64,000 bases of DNA. It comes from Dictyostelium discoideum. Lineage: Eukaryota. Positions 1 through 13,231 of the stretch are shown one piece after another; position 1 is the first letter of the stretch, and every line of letters begins with the position of its first letter. The position numbers and the translations under genes are program-made. The stretch is from positions 5,024,001 to 5,088,000 of the forward strand of contig CM000151.3 of assembly GCA_000004695.1 (NCBI GenBank), read 5' to 3'. The notes below the pieces were generated by a model. That model was not told the DNA's origin, did no database searches, and saw nothing but the letters and a program-made list of their open reading frames with translations.

Positions 1-384
1 TTATTTTTTTTTTTTTTTTATAATAATAATAATTACATATAAATACTTTGAAAGTTTATTCGTTCGGGTTTTAAAGAATAAAAATGTGGTATACAAAAAG
101 AAAAAAAAAAAAAAAAAAAAAACCAAACTACCAAGAGTATCTTGTCGCCTAACGCAAAAAAAAATTCTTATTATTTTCACTCGCACAAAAAAAAAAAATT
201 AAAAAAATTCTGGGATATTCAAGTTTTTATGCTTGAGTTTTGGGGAATTTTCAATGTGATTATTATGCTAATTAAAAAATTACTTAGAATCACTGCCATA
301 CCCAAGAGACTTTAATCAAGCTATTTGGGAACGGTTTAGATATTGTGTGTTGTAAATATTATTTTAATTTATTTTTAATTATTT

Positions 385-430
<46 letters not shown>

Positions 431-588
431 CTTAAAAGTGAGATGTGGTTGAACAACAATATAAAATTACATTGATTTTAAATGAAAGATACAATAAAAA
501 TATGAAAAATCATTTCATACTAAAAAAAGAATTTCCTACCTTTTTTTTTTTTCCTTTAAAAAACTGTTACCCGTTGTGCAATGTTTTT

Positions 589-619
<31 letters not shown>

Positions 620-1156
620 TTTTATTTTCTATTTTATTATATTTATTTATTATATTATTATTAAAATGATTATTTGAAAATTTTATTTAAAATGTTTTTT
701 CAATAATTTTTTTTTATTTTTGATTATATTTTTTTTAATTATTTTTGGTAATATTTTTTTTATTTTTTTTTTTTATTTCTCTTTTTCTTGAGATTAATTG
801 TGTATAGATAAAATAAAAAAAAAAAAATATAAAAAAAAAAAAATTTTAAAAAATAAAATAAAAAAATATTTATAAATTTTCTTTTTTTCTTTTTTTTTTT
901 TTCTTTTTTTTACGAATTTTATAAAAGGTGTTAAAAATCTTTGGACTTTAGTAAAAGCTTTCAAAATAAAAATCTTGATTGGAAAAAAAAATAAAAAATA
1001 AAATAAAATAAATTCCAAAAAAAAAAAAAAAAAAAAAAAAACCTAAATTCGTTCAAAGGGTGTTTAGGAAAAAAAAAAAAAAAAAAAAAATGAAAAAAAA
1101 AAAAAAAAAATGAAAAATTCAAAAATATGTCCAATTTTTGATTATTATATATTTAT

Positions 1157-1376
1157 TTAATTTATAATTGAATCATAAACTTGTTGAACCAATGTTGAGA
1201 AAGGTTTTCTAACATTTTCAATTTTAATATTTGAAGGGTCTGGATATACTCTATTTGTTAATAAAATAACAATGAGTTCACGTTCAGGATCACCACATAA
1301 CATAGTGCCGGTATAACCTAAATGCATCCATGTCTTTGCTGATAATGTTCCACAAGCCAATCCCCAGCCTTCATCT

Positions 1377-1410
<34 letters not shown>

Positions 1411-1453
1411 AATAAATGAGTTAATAAAATATTTTTTTTTTTTAATTACCATT

Positions 1454-1496
<43 letters not shown>

Positions 1497-2093
1497 TATA
1501 AAAAAACACAAAAGATATTTTTTAGGGGTGGCATGAAATATTTAAAAATAAAGCGAAAAAAAAAAGTAAGGGTTTGTCTTTATTTTAAAAGAAATTGAAA
1601 AAATCAAAAAAACAATTTAATTGATTGGAGTGACGAGAAACCCTGACAACTAAGGAAAAAAAAAACCGATTTTTCCTGATTTCCAAAGCGACCATATCAA
1701 AATTGAGAAAAATTTTTTAAAAAAAAAAAAAAAATTTTATAAAAAATAAATAAAATTTTTTTGATTGGAATGTGCAACGATTCTAAAAAAAAAAAAAATA
1801 TAAACAAATTAAAATATTTATAAATATTTTAAGTCTTAAAATGTTTTTTTTTTGATTTTTTTTGATTTTTTTTTTTTTGAATTTTTTTTTTTGGATGGTT
1901 GGGGGTGGATTAAAAAAAATGAGTTTAACCTTTTGTAAAATTAAGAAAGAAATACTTACTCTCTTAACAAAACAAAAAAAAACAAAAAAATAAAAAAAAA
2001 TAAAAAAATAAAAAAACAATAATAAAAAAAATAATAATAATAAAAAAAAAAAAAATATATAACAAATAAATAAATATAACAAATAAATAAATA

Positions 2094-2165
<72 letters not shown>

Positions 2166-3462
2166 ATTTATTATATATATATATATATATAATATAAATA
2201 AATTTTTTTTTTTTTTTTTAATATACATACCAAAAACAGATGGATCATTTGTATTCCAACCTAATGCTCTTGAACTTTGAGTATGATTATATTCAGTTGT
2301 AAAATATTGTACAGTTGTACTATTAAGATATTGAGAATTTGCTTCAGCAAACATTAAAGAGTACATGAAAATCCACATTTCTTCAACATTTGAGAATACA
2401 CCAGCATGACCACTGATACCACCTAATGCATAAGCATTACCATCAGAAACAACACCTTGAATTGTGGTATGCATATAAACTGTATCATTTTCAGTTGGTG
2501 CACATTGTGGAGCTAAATATTGTGGTGGTAAATAATTTGTGACATTTAAATTCAATGCATTGAAAACATAGTGTCTTACGTATGCTTCGTAGTAGCATTG
2601 AGCATTTTCAGGTGCACCATTATCACAACCTGGTGTTAACTGATCCGCAGTGATGTAATTAAACTGTTTAGCTAAATTACCAACTACATACATTAATGTC
2701 ATGAAATTTAAATCACTATATACATAAGTTGAACCAATTGGGTTCATTAATGATTGATTTAAAATTGATTGATAAATTTGACTTTGACATGTGAATTCCA
2801 TTGGTGGATAATATTCCTCGGTTGCTGGACAATTAAATTCTGCTGTATTCCAAAATGGATTTGGGTCTGGATAAAATCCTGAATTATGTAATAAACAATT
2901 TCTAACTGAAATTCCACTCTTTCCATTAACTCCAAATTCTAATCCTAAAAAATCTGTAATTGGTGAATCTAAATTAAGTTCACCTCTTTGATAAAATTGT
3001 GCTACTGATGTTGTACATGCTGTAACTTTTGAGCAACTTGCCATATCAAATAATGTCTATTTTTTTTTTTTTTTTAAAATAATTTTTTTTTTTATTTTTT
3101 TAATTTTTATTTGTGAATAGAAAATAAATAAATAAATAAATAAAACTTACACTTAATTCCATTGGTGGTACTTTAAAATCATTAATTGGAGTACCAATAC
3201 CATAAGTGAAACTACCTTTTGCAGAGGCATATAAGACACCTTTTTGATTACCAACTAAAGCAACACAACCTGGAAAAGTACCATTTTCAATTGCTTCTTC
3301 TAAAAATGTATCAACTTCTGACCAAGTTTCATCTGATGGATATCTAACTTGTTGATTATTTAATCTTGGTACATCAATTTTAGATTTAATTGGTGATTTT
3401 AAACTAACAACACAACCAATAATTACAATAAAAAATATTAAAAGTATATTTAAATATTTCAT
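1157..3462 (-). CDS. Beta-lactamase-family serine hydrolase with signal peptide, 3 exons. Exons on the minus strand are 3462..3151, 3056..2231 and 1374..1157.
   Basis: The N-terminus is hydrophobic (MKYLNILLIFFIVIIGCVV). The S-x-x-K motif 'ASCSKV' sits at the exon1/exon2 junction. The C-terminus 'LLTNRVYPD' is typical of beta-lactamase/esterase-family proteins. Donors are GTAAGT at 3150 and GTATGT at 2230. Acceptors are ..atag at 3057 and ..ttag at 1375. Phases are consistent (0, then 1). Confidence 0.8.
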
Positions 3463-3497
3463 TTTTTTTATTTTTATTACTCTATCAATAATAATTT

Positions 3498-3535
<38 letters not shown>

Positions 3536-3726
3536 AATGATTCAATTTCCCAACGCCAAAAAATTTTTTTAAAAAAAAAAAAAATAAAATAAAATAAAAT
3601 AAAAAATTCGAAAAATAACTATCAAATAAAAAATCTTCTTTTTTTTTTTTTTAAAAAAAAATTCCCAGGGACTTTTTAACCCCCAATTTTAAAATAAATT
3701 TTATCACAAAATAAAATAAAATAAAA

Positions 3727-3757
<31 letters not shown>

Positions 3758-3831
3758 CTAAGATATTTTAATAATATATTATATTTTTGTACAATTTTAT
3801 TTTTTTTTTTTTATTTTTTTTTATTTTTTTT

Positions 3832-3932
3832 TTATGCTAATGTATCCAATTTTTCTTGAATACTTTCTAATTTATTATAAAATTCTAATAATTGTTCCTT
3901 ATTAAATTCTAAAATCATTTTATCATTATTAA

Positions 3933-3986
<54 letters not shown>

Positions 3987-4338
3987 AATTTAATTCCATT
4001 ATTGCACTTGCATTTCTTTTAATTGTCTTTGAAGATGACATTTGATAATGAAGTCTCCAACCAATTTCATTTAATTGTAATGGTGCAATTGATTGAGTTC
4101 TTAAAAAGTTTAAAACATGTTCAGAGTTATCCTCCCATACTGATTGAAAACATGATGTTTTATCATCGTTTAACATTGTCTTTTTCAATTGATTAACTAA
4201 ATTATTTGGTGATAATGAATAGTATGCTGTTTGTTCAAAAATGAATGAACAACATTCTAATATACCTTTAAATTCTAATGATGTTATTTTAAATAAATTT
4301 TGTAAAATGTTTTCTTCTGATTCTGTGAATATTCTTTC

Positions 4339-4375
<37 letters not shown>

Positions 4376-4644
4376 AAATTTAATTATAATATTGATATGT
4401 TAATTTATTATTTACTATTTATTATTTATTATTATTTTTATTATTATTTATTTTTATTATTATTTATTTTTATTTTTTTTAATTTTAATTATTAATTTTA
4501 TTTTTTTATTATTATTACCCTGTGACCAATTTTATTAACAACTCTTGTTAAAATTTTTTGAAATCTTGGTGTTTCCAATTTGTTAATTAATTCAATAGAG
4601 TCATTGAATCTTTTTGTATTACCAAATATATTATTATCGGTCAT
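3832..4644 (-). CDS. COMM domain-containing protein, 2 exons: 4644..4519 and 4341..3832 on the minus strand.
   Basis: ATG at 4644 and donor GTAATA at 4518 (phase 0). Acceptor ..tttag at 4342. The C-terminus 'IGWRLHYQMSSS...[polyN]...MILEFNKEQLLEFYNKLESIQEKLDTLA' matches the COMM-domain pattern (W-R-L...SS...leucine-rich tail). Confidence 0.55.
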
Positions 4645-4700
4645 TGTTGTGTGTGTGAAAAGTTATGTGAAAATCACAACAAAAAAAAAAAAAAAAAAAT

Positions 4701-4735
<35 letters not shown>

Positions 4736-5100
4736 AATTTTTTATTTTGAATATTTTTATTTTAATTTACTTTATAAAAAATAAAATGATTACATCATTA
4801 TTTAGCTAAATAAACTTCAAAATATTTTGAATGGGGATATTTAGACTTTCATTTACTATAATTGGAATAATTATTAATTGGTTTTTTTTTTTTTGTTTTG
4901 TTTTGTGGTGAACAAAAAAAAAAAAACAAAAAAAAAAAACAAAACAAAACAAAAAAAAAAAACACAACAAAAAAAAAAAAAAAACGGAACTATGTTGCCA
5001 TATTGGGGGATTTAATAATCGACAATTTAAAGTTTTTAATTTTTATTTGTTTATTTATGGTTTTTATTTGTCATTGTTAATTTTTTTTTTTTTTTTCTGA

Positions 5101-5131
<31 letters not shown>

Positions 5132-5262
5132 GATAAATAATTAAAAACCAATAGCACATTTTTAATTTTATTTTTATATTTATATTTATATTTTTATATT
5201 TATAAAACTAATAAACACAAAAATAGTATTTTTTTTTTAATTTTTAATTTTTAAAAAAAAAA

Positions 5263-6186
5263 ATGAATAAATTATTTAAAATAGTAACAATATTATTAAT
5301 TTTAGTAAATATTATTTATTGTAATGAAAAATATTATTTTAAAATTAGTTGGAGTGGTATTAAATGTTTAAATAAACAAGAAAATTCATGTAATCAATAT
5401 AGTATTGAAAAAATTAATAATAAAACTCAACAACAACAATTATTATTAAATAAAATATCAATTAATAAATTAATAGTAAATGAAAAATCGCCATTATCAA
5501 AAATTAAACATTTCTTTATAAATAAAGAATCAAATAATATAATTGTGTATGGTAGTATTGTGAAGAATATCAATGGAAATGATTTAAATGTTATTAGAGT
5601 TTATAAACAGTTGCCATTAGGTAATAAAATTGAAATTACTGATAAATATTATACATTAAATAATTCGAATTTCCCTTGTTTGAATAGAACCAATAATGGA
5701 GGGAAACCATGTTATCAATTAATATCAACATTGGTTAATTATAATAATAATTATAATAATTATTTAATTTCAAAGATAATTTATCCATTTCAAGAAAATG
5801 TTGGTAAATATTTTGATAACAATTGGTTAAATTATAAATCTGTAATTCAAGATCATTCAAAATTAATTGCATTGGGTACAATTAATAATAATAATGAAAT
5901 GGTTGTTTCAAATGCTTATATAAACATTCCTGATCCTATTGAAAAATGTATACCACCAAAATCAATAAAATGCAACTCACAATCAATTATTACAAATTCA
6001 AGAGATTTTAATAGATGTTTAACAAATTCAACTTGTACTCCACTTGCCTTTAATGGTAATACTACAGTAGTAATCCCCATTTACCCAACTTGTCCAAAAG
6101 GTTATTATCTTACTTTTTTTACAGGAAATAATGGTGGAAAATTAGAATTTAATTGTGATGCTAATTTTTTAACAGATACTTATTAA
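5263..6186 (+). CDS. Secreted Cys-rich protein, paralog A of a 4-member tandem family; intronless, 307 aa.
   Basis: Signal peptide MNKLFKIVTILLILVNIIYC. It shares the conserved blocks 'YYFK.xW...C..PC.QYS..K.N', 'VYKQLPLGN...TDKYY', 'NVGKYFD..WL', 'LPDPI..C', 'R..NRCLT' and 'CP.GY.L..F....GCP...CD..F' with the ORFs at 7311, 8870 and 13232. The stop is at 6184-6186. Confidence 0.75.
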   Translation: MNKLFKIVTILLILVNIIYCNEKYYFKISWSGIKCLNKQENSCNQYSIEKINNKTQQQQLLLNKISINKLIVNEKSPLSKIKHFFINKESNNIIVYGSIVKNINGNDLNVIRVYKQLPLGNKIEITDKYYTLNNSNFPCLNRTNNGGKPCYQLISTLVNYNNNYNNYLISKIIYPFQENVGKYFDNNWLNYKSVIQDHSKLIALGTINNNNEMVVSNAYINIPDPIEKCIPPKSIKCNSQSIITNSRDFNRCLTNSTCTPLAFNGNTTVVIPIYPTCPKGYYLTFFTGNNGGKLEFNCDANFLTDTY

Positions 6187-6484
6187 ATAAAATAAAATAA
6201 AATAAAATAAAATAAAATAAAAAAAAAATAAAAAAAAAATTAAAAAAAAAAAAAAAATTTAATAAATAATAAAAAAAAAATTAAATAAATAATATTAAAA
6301 AAAAAAAAAAAACCAGATAAAGAAGAAAATTAAATTAAATAAAAAAGAATAAAGAATTAAAAGAATTAAAAGAATTTAAAGAATTTAAATAATTTATTGA
6401 ATAAATTACAATTGTTTGATTATTTTAGGAAATGTTGATTCATTTTTTAAATTATTTCATCATTATAGATTATTAAAATTATTA

Positions 6485-6516
<32 letters not shown>

Positions 6517-7310
6517 CCCAAATTCAATAAAATAAAATAAAATCAAGATCTAAATCAAACCTATGATCTTTGTAAAATGGTTTTGTTTTTATTTATTTTT
6601 TTTTAACTATCTAATTTTTTTTTTTTATTTATTTTTTTTTATTTTTTTTTTTGTATTTTCCAAATTAAAATGTTTAAAGATGCTGACATTTATTAACATT
6701 AATTTAATAATTAAGTGAAAGATTTAATTTTTATTTAATTTTTATTTTTTTTTTATTTTTTTTATTTTTTTTTTTTTCAAAGATTATTAATATGTAACCA
6801 CAACTTGTATTTTTTATTTGAAAAAAAAAAGGACAAATATAGATTTTTTTTTTAAAAAAAATATCCAGTTTTTATGTCATATTAAATTGAACTCTATTAC
6901 ACTTTTATAAATAGGGGTGGTGGGGTTGGAAAATACTATCCACTAAAAAAAAAATGTTTTAAAAAACGGTTTTTTTTTTTATTTCTTAATAGAGACTTTC
7001 TGAAAAAAGTCAATTCAATGATATATGGTTATACTATAAGGCCATATTAAATTAAAAAAAAAAAAAAAAAAATAAAAATATAATTTAATGAGGAATTATA
7101 TATATATTTTTTTTTTTTAATAATTAAATTTTTATTTTTTTTTTTATTTTTTTTTTTATTTTTTTTTTTTAAAGTTCTCCTATAAAAGTGTTAAATTTTT
7201 TTTTTTTATTATAAAACATTTTCATTTAATTTAATAAACAAATAAACAAACAAAGCAAACAGACAATATATAAAATAAATAAATAAAATTTTATATAAAT
7301 AAAAAAAAAA

Positions 7311-8265
7311 ATGATAAAATTATTTTGTATATCAGCAATATTGTTTATATTCATTTTTTCACTTGGTGAAAGTACATTGATTAGACCAAATTTTTATTAT
7401 AGAATTGATTGGGAAAACATAAATTGTATTAGAGCTCCATGTCCACAATATTCAGCACAAAAAGTCAATACAAATGAAAATTCAACTGCAATTTTAAGTT
7501 TCATTTACCCAGATGGCTATAATAAATCATACCTTTTTTCTGAAGAGGCCAGATCTCTCATTATTTTTGGTTCTATCCAACCAAACCCAAATTTCCCAAC
7601 TGAAGCAAAAGATTTAAAAGTTGTAAGAGTTTATAAATCATTACCATTAGGTAACCCAGCATCAGCAACTGATAAATATTATATTTTTGGTGATAATGGT
7701 ATGTGTTTCATTTTTTTAAAATTATTATTATTATTATTATTATTATTATTTTTATAGAATAAATTATTAATATTTTTTTATTTTAAAATTAGGTGTCAGA
7801 TGTGTCACTACCCCATGTGCATCAACAGATGCAGTTTTATTGAATATCCGTACTAAACAAACTGTTAGTGATATACTCATGCCATATTCAAAGAACGTTG
7901 GTAAATATTTTGATTCTGCATGGTTAGGATCTAAAACAGTTAGATCAGATGACTATGGTTTAATCGGTCAAGGTACATTCAGTAGTGGAAAAATTACAAT
8001 ATCAAATGCTTTCATTCATTTACCAGATCCAATTGGTAAATGTGATTCATTGCCATTATTAAAATGTCCAGGTGGTTCGATTATGACATACTCTCGTAAT
8101 GAAAATCGTTGTTTAGCTTCTCCAACTTGCACTCAATCTTCATTCTGTACCTTGGGTATGCCACTTTGTCCAGCAGGTTATCGTTTAGATCAATTCAGAG
8201 CAACTGAAGCAAATGGATGTCCAAAATATTATTGTGATCCAACCTTTGTTTGTAAAACACATTAA
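7311..8265 (+). CDS. Secreted Cys-rich protein, paralog B; 2 exons: 7311..7698 and 7793..8265.
   Basis: Donor GTATGT at 7699 directly after '...TDKYYIFGDNG' (phase 1). Acceptor aattag at 7791-7792. Exon 2 begins 'VRCVTTPCAS...' and ends '...GCPKYYCDPTFVCKTH*'. Confidence 0.75.
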
Positions 8266-8869
8266 TTTCTTTTTTTGTTAATTTTCTAAACAATTGTAAA
8301 AAAAAAAAAAATAAAAAAAAAATAAACACCTCCTTTTTTATTATTAATTTTTTATTTTATTTTCAAAAGATTATAAATATTATTAATTGTTAATCACAAT
8401 TTTAAAAATTTTTTAATAATAATTTTATTTTCTTGAATTATTATTTTTTTTTTTAATAATCCTAAAATTAAAATAATTCAATTGGTATTTTATAAAATAT
8501 TGTAAATTCCAATTATTCAATAATTGTATACAATAGCCCAATAATTTACCTAATTTGGTACAATCTACAAATTTAAAAAATCACCCAAAATATTAAATTA
8601 TAACAATAGATATCAGAATTACTTCAATGATAATAAAAATATTCAGTTTTTAATTGAATTTTTATTTTTTATTTATTTTAAATTTAATAAAATTTTTTAT
8701 TTTTATTTTTTATCATTATTATTTTTTTTTTTTATTTTTTTTTTTTTTTTCAAAAAATAAATATAAATAATAGTTTTTTTTTTTATTTTTTATTTGAATT
8801 TTATTATTAAAATTATAAAATTAGTATATAATAATAATAATAACAATAATAATTAAAATAATTAAAATA

Positions 8870-9836
8870 ATGATTAAAAATTATAAATTACTTTTATTTA
8901 CAACATTCACTTTATTTTTTATTACATTTGTAAGTGGTAGTAGTATTTTAAAAGCAAACTTTTATTATAAAGTTGATTGGGAAAATGTTCAATGTTTCGT
9001 TCCACCATGTCCAAAATACACAATTCAAAAATTAAATACAAATGAAAAATCACAAAAAATTTTAGATTTCATTTTCCCAAATGGTTTAAATAAAACAACA
9101 CTTTTGGGTGATGAATCTAAAACTCTTATAGTTTTAGGTACCACTCAACCAAGTTCAAAATTCCCAAATAATGCAACTGATTTCCTTGTTACCAGAGTAT
9201 ATAAATCATTACCATTAGGTAATAAACAAACTTCAACTGATAAATATTATATGTTTGGTGATAATGGTAATTTTTAATTTATTTAATATTTATTTTTTTT
9301 TTTTAAAATTTATTAATATTTATTAATATTTATTAATATTTATTAATATTTATTTATTTATAGGAACAAGATGTAAGACATCACCATGTCCAAATATTGT
9401 TGCAGCTTTATTAAATGTACATAGTCAGGAAATAATAAATACAATTAGTCAACCATATGAGAAAAATGTAGGATTTTTAGATTCAGTTTGGTTAAGTTCA
9501 AAAAATATTAGATCTGATGATTTTGGTTTAATTGGACAAGGAACAATTAAAAATGGAGTTATTTCAATTTCAAATTCATTCATTTATTTACCAGATCCAC
9601 CAATAAAATGTCCAGAACTTCCATTATTGAAGTGTGTTGAAGGTAATTCCATGACCTATTCTCGTGATGAAAATCGTTGTCTTGTCTCACCAAGATGTAC
9701 TAAATTTGGTGTTTGCACTCTAAGTATTCCACTTTGTAATAAAGGTTATCGTCTCGTTTCTTTCCCATCAACTGAATTAAATGGTTGTCCAAAATTCTTC
9801 TGTGATCCAGAATTTGTTAATAAAACTCATAAATAA
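8870..9836 (+). CDS. Secreted Cys-rich protein, paralog C; 2 exons: 8870..9266 and 9364..9836.
   Basis: Donor GTAATT at 9267 after '...DKYYMFGDNG' (phase 1, same position as paralogs B and D). Acceptor tatag at 9361-9363. The intron contains a 10-mer (tattaatatt) repeated about 4.5 times. Exon 2 reads 'TRCKTSPCPN...GCPKFFCDPEFVNKTHK*'. Confidence 0.75.
9311..9356. repeat. Tandem 10-mer (tattaatatt) x ~4.5 within the intron of paralog C.
   Basis: Direct reading. Confidence 0.8.
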
Positions 9837-9895
9837 ATACACTACCATTATTCCATTTGTTCACATCTTTTTTTATTTATTTATTTTTTATTTTA

Positions 9896-10041
9896 TTAAT
9901 TTTTAATTAATTGATCTATTTTAATAATCATAGAAACTGTATCAATAATCATTTTTAACATTATTTCTTTTCCTTTTAATGATTCAATAACTCCTAAATC
10001 TATCATATTACATAATTTACCATTTTCTAAATTAATTGAAA

Positions 10042-10083
<42 letters not shown>

Positions 10084-10426
10084 GAATTGATTTTAAATGT
10101 TGAAATAATATTATGGAGTCGAAACCAGCATTACTAATCAATAGTTTTGGTATTATTTCTAAAGATTTTGAAAATGCTTTTATACTATTCATATATTTAA
10201 TAATATCTTGTGGTTTTTCATTTTTCATTAATTCTTTAAACTTATCACTCTTTATAAATTTTTCTAATTCAACCGATAACATTATTTCATTTGAGCCACC
10301 ACCTGCAATAACCTTTTTACTTTCAACAATTAATGATAATATTGAAATTGAATCATTTAATGACTGTGTGTATATAATATATATTTGAAAGAATTTAAAA
10401 AGTAGTAATTAATTAATATATTATTT

Positions 10427-10488
<62 letters not shown>

Positions 10489-12134
10489 ATCTCTTACCCT
10501 TTGAACTTCTTCAATAATGAATATCGAAGGTGCTTTTAATAAAAATGTACATATTTTACAATTATTATTTTTAATCTCTATGTAATATTCTGATTGTTTT
10601 TCAAATAAAATATTTAAATTACAATTACCAAAAATACTACCACCACTACTGCTACTATTTTTAGTGATATTTGATGTAATTGAATTTAAAATTACTGAAG
10701 AATTTGTAACTTGTTGAATATTAAATAATTGATTATTATCTAGATTAAAAATTGTTTTTATATTATTATCTTGTAATAATTTCAAACAAGATAATGATAT
10801 TCTTTTACTTGAAAAAATTATAATATTATTATTATTATTGCAAGTTGTATTTTGTTTTTTTAAATTATCAATAAATTCTTTTGCCTGTTTAATTTCCAAT
10901 TGTCTTTTTTCATTTTCAATCATTTCTCTTTTCTATAAAAAAATAAAATAAAATAAAATAAAATAATATTACTTTTAGTTAATTATTTTTATTATTATCA
11001 TTATCATCTAATTTTTTTTTTTTTAAAAAAAAAATACAAACATTAAAATTTAAATTACTATATTGAATAAGTTTAAAAGAATTTTCATCAATATATCCAA
11101 TATCAAAATTAATTAAAACTACATTAAAAGTTAAAGCTAGTGATGGTGATGATGAAATTTCATTATTATTATTATTATTATTAATTGAAATTAAATTTGA
11201 ATAATTTAAATTTAGTGGTAATATTATACCTCTAATTAATTTACTTGATGATATATTATTACCTAATAATTTAATATATTTTACATTTGATTGAATATTA
11301 TCAAATACTCTAATTTTATCGATTTTATCACCATCAAAACCATTATCATCATCATCATCATCATTATCATCATTATGTTTAACTATCTCTTTAATTATTG
11401 ATATTGCTTCAAAACAATATCTTGTAAACTGTTTTACATAGCTATTTAATATTTTTGATGATAATGAAGTTGATATAATTTGTTCAAGTATTTTAATTGT
11501 TTCATATTCGCTACCACTATTATTATTATTATTAATAATATTAAAATTATTTGATAATAAATCATTTGTTATTGATAATTCAATAGAATTTGAGTTTAAT
11601 AATAATTTAGATTGTTCATATGCTATGGTGAATGCTTTAATGATTAAATTTGGATGATAGTTTCTGATTAATAGTTTTTCTGATTCTTTTAATAATTTAC
11701 AAGCTAAAATAACTCCAGATGTAGTACCATCACCTATTTTTGTCTGAATGAATGTAGTACATAATTACAATTAATTAGTATATATTTTTTAAAAATATGA
11801 ATAAAATACACAAGTATTGTGTACACAATTTTATGGTTTTTTTTTTATTTTTTTTTATTCAAATATTAGTAATATAAAAAATACATACATCAATTGAATT
11901 TGATAATTGTTGTAATATAATACCTAATGGATGTGAAATAGGTAATGATTTCATGATAGTTGCACCATCATTTGTTATTATCAAATCATCAGTATCGAGT
12001 TGTTGACTTTCATTTTTTTCAAATGTTTTACTCTTTTGTATATTCACAATCACTTTATCTAATCCTTTTGGTCCTAGTGATGTTGATAATATTTTAAATA
12101 TTGCATGAACTGCTGTGAATTCTAATTGTTTCAT
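9896..12134 (-). CDS. Highly divergent TCP-1/cpn60-family (CCT-like group II chaperonin) protein, 4 exons: 12134..11889, 11743..11042, 10932..10498 and 10363..9896 on the minus strand.
   Basis: All four equatorial ATP-binding motifs are present: 'LGPKGLDKVIV', 'ITNDGATIM', 'IGDGTTSGVILA' (at the start of exon 2, which has no ATG and so is absent from the ORF track) and 'AGGGSNEIMLS' (start of exon 4). The C-terminus '...MIIKIDQLIKN' is CCT-like. The middle (apical) region is replaced by N/D-rich low complexity. Donors are GTATGT at 11888, GTTTGT at 11041 (weak) and GTAAGA at 10497. Acceptors are ..ttcag, ..tatag and ..cacag. All exons are phase 0. Confidence 0.6.
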
Positions 12135-13104
12135 TAAATCTCTCCCATTTGAATATCTGATTGATCAGAGTTAAAAATAAAAAAAATAAAAAAAATAAAA
12201 AAAAAAAATTTGAAAAGTCATTTCACAAAAACAAAAAAAAAAAAAAAAAACTTTTTTATTTTGCCATAATCAATTTTGTTTATTTTTAATGTAATTTTTT
12301 GATTTTGTTGATGGTTTTTTAATGGTTATACTTGAATTAATAATAATAAAAGAATAAATAAAAAAAATTAATATGTTAATTAAAAATTAATCAAAAACCA
12401 AAATAATAATAATTAGGAAATCAAATAATTTTGATTATTAACCCTTTACACCATTGTCTAAATTACAATACACCTGCAAATGTATCAAAAATAAAATAAA
12501 ATAAAATAAAATAAAATAAAACAAAATAAATTAAATTAAATTAAAAAATAGTTTTCAAAGAAATAATATTTTCTTAAGTAAAAATTATGTATTAAAGAAT
12601 GTTGGTAAATTGAAAAAAAAAAAAAAAAAAAATTTGGAAAAAAAAAAAACTAACTAGTTAGTTTTTTTTTTTTCCAAACCAATCCATTAATTTAAAATCT
12701 TGGGATAATAAAAATCCCCCCAAAAAAAAGATCAATACTATCGTTTGTTTATAATGTTTAATCAAAATTGTATAGGTTGAATATAAAAAAAAGAAAATTA
12801 AAAGAAAAAAAAACATTTTATTATTTATTATAAAATAAATTTAATTTTGACCAATCAAAAAAAAAAAAAAGATTTTTGTTGAAAATTTTTAAAAAAAAAG
12901 TTAAAATAATAGATGCGAATATTTGCATCTTCAACCTCTAAAAAAAAACCCTTTGACTAAGATCCTACCAAATTCATATTATAATTCCATTAAAAAAAAA
13001 ATAATAATAAAAAAAATAGTAAAAGTTTATTTTAAATTTCCTTTCTAATAAATTGATATGATTTTTTATTTAAAATTATTTTTTTAGTTTTTTTGAATTA
13101 ATTT

Positions 13105-13141
<37 letters not shown>

Positions 13142-13231
13142 CCTAAAAGTATAAATAGAATATAAAATAAATTTTATTTTATAATTTAAATTTTAATATT
13201 TAAAAACAATAATAAAAAAAAAAAAAAGAAA
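12135..13231. promoter_or_regulatory. Divergent AT-rich promoter region between the CCT-like gene (minus) and paralog D (plus). It contains a 20-nt near-palindrome at 12911-12930.
   Basis: The two genes are head-to-head. The palindrome is 'agatgcGaatattTgcatct', with only a single symmetric mismatch pair. Oligo(dT)/(dA) tracts of Dictyostelium-promoter type are present. Confidence 0.3.

Noticed and set aside
1783-2082. 99-aa poly-Phe/Leu/Lys ORF and similar ORFs (445..669, 794..1018, 1..186, 19668..19895, 26327..26542, 27001..27186, 29139..29351, 34340..34528, 50114..50544, 59615..59917).
   Set aside because: These are translations of oligo(dA)/(dT) intergenic or intronic tracts. They have no coding-like composition and no domain signal.
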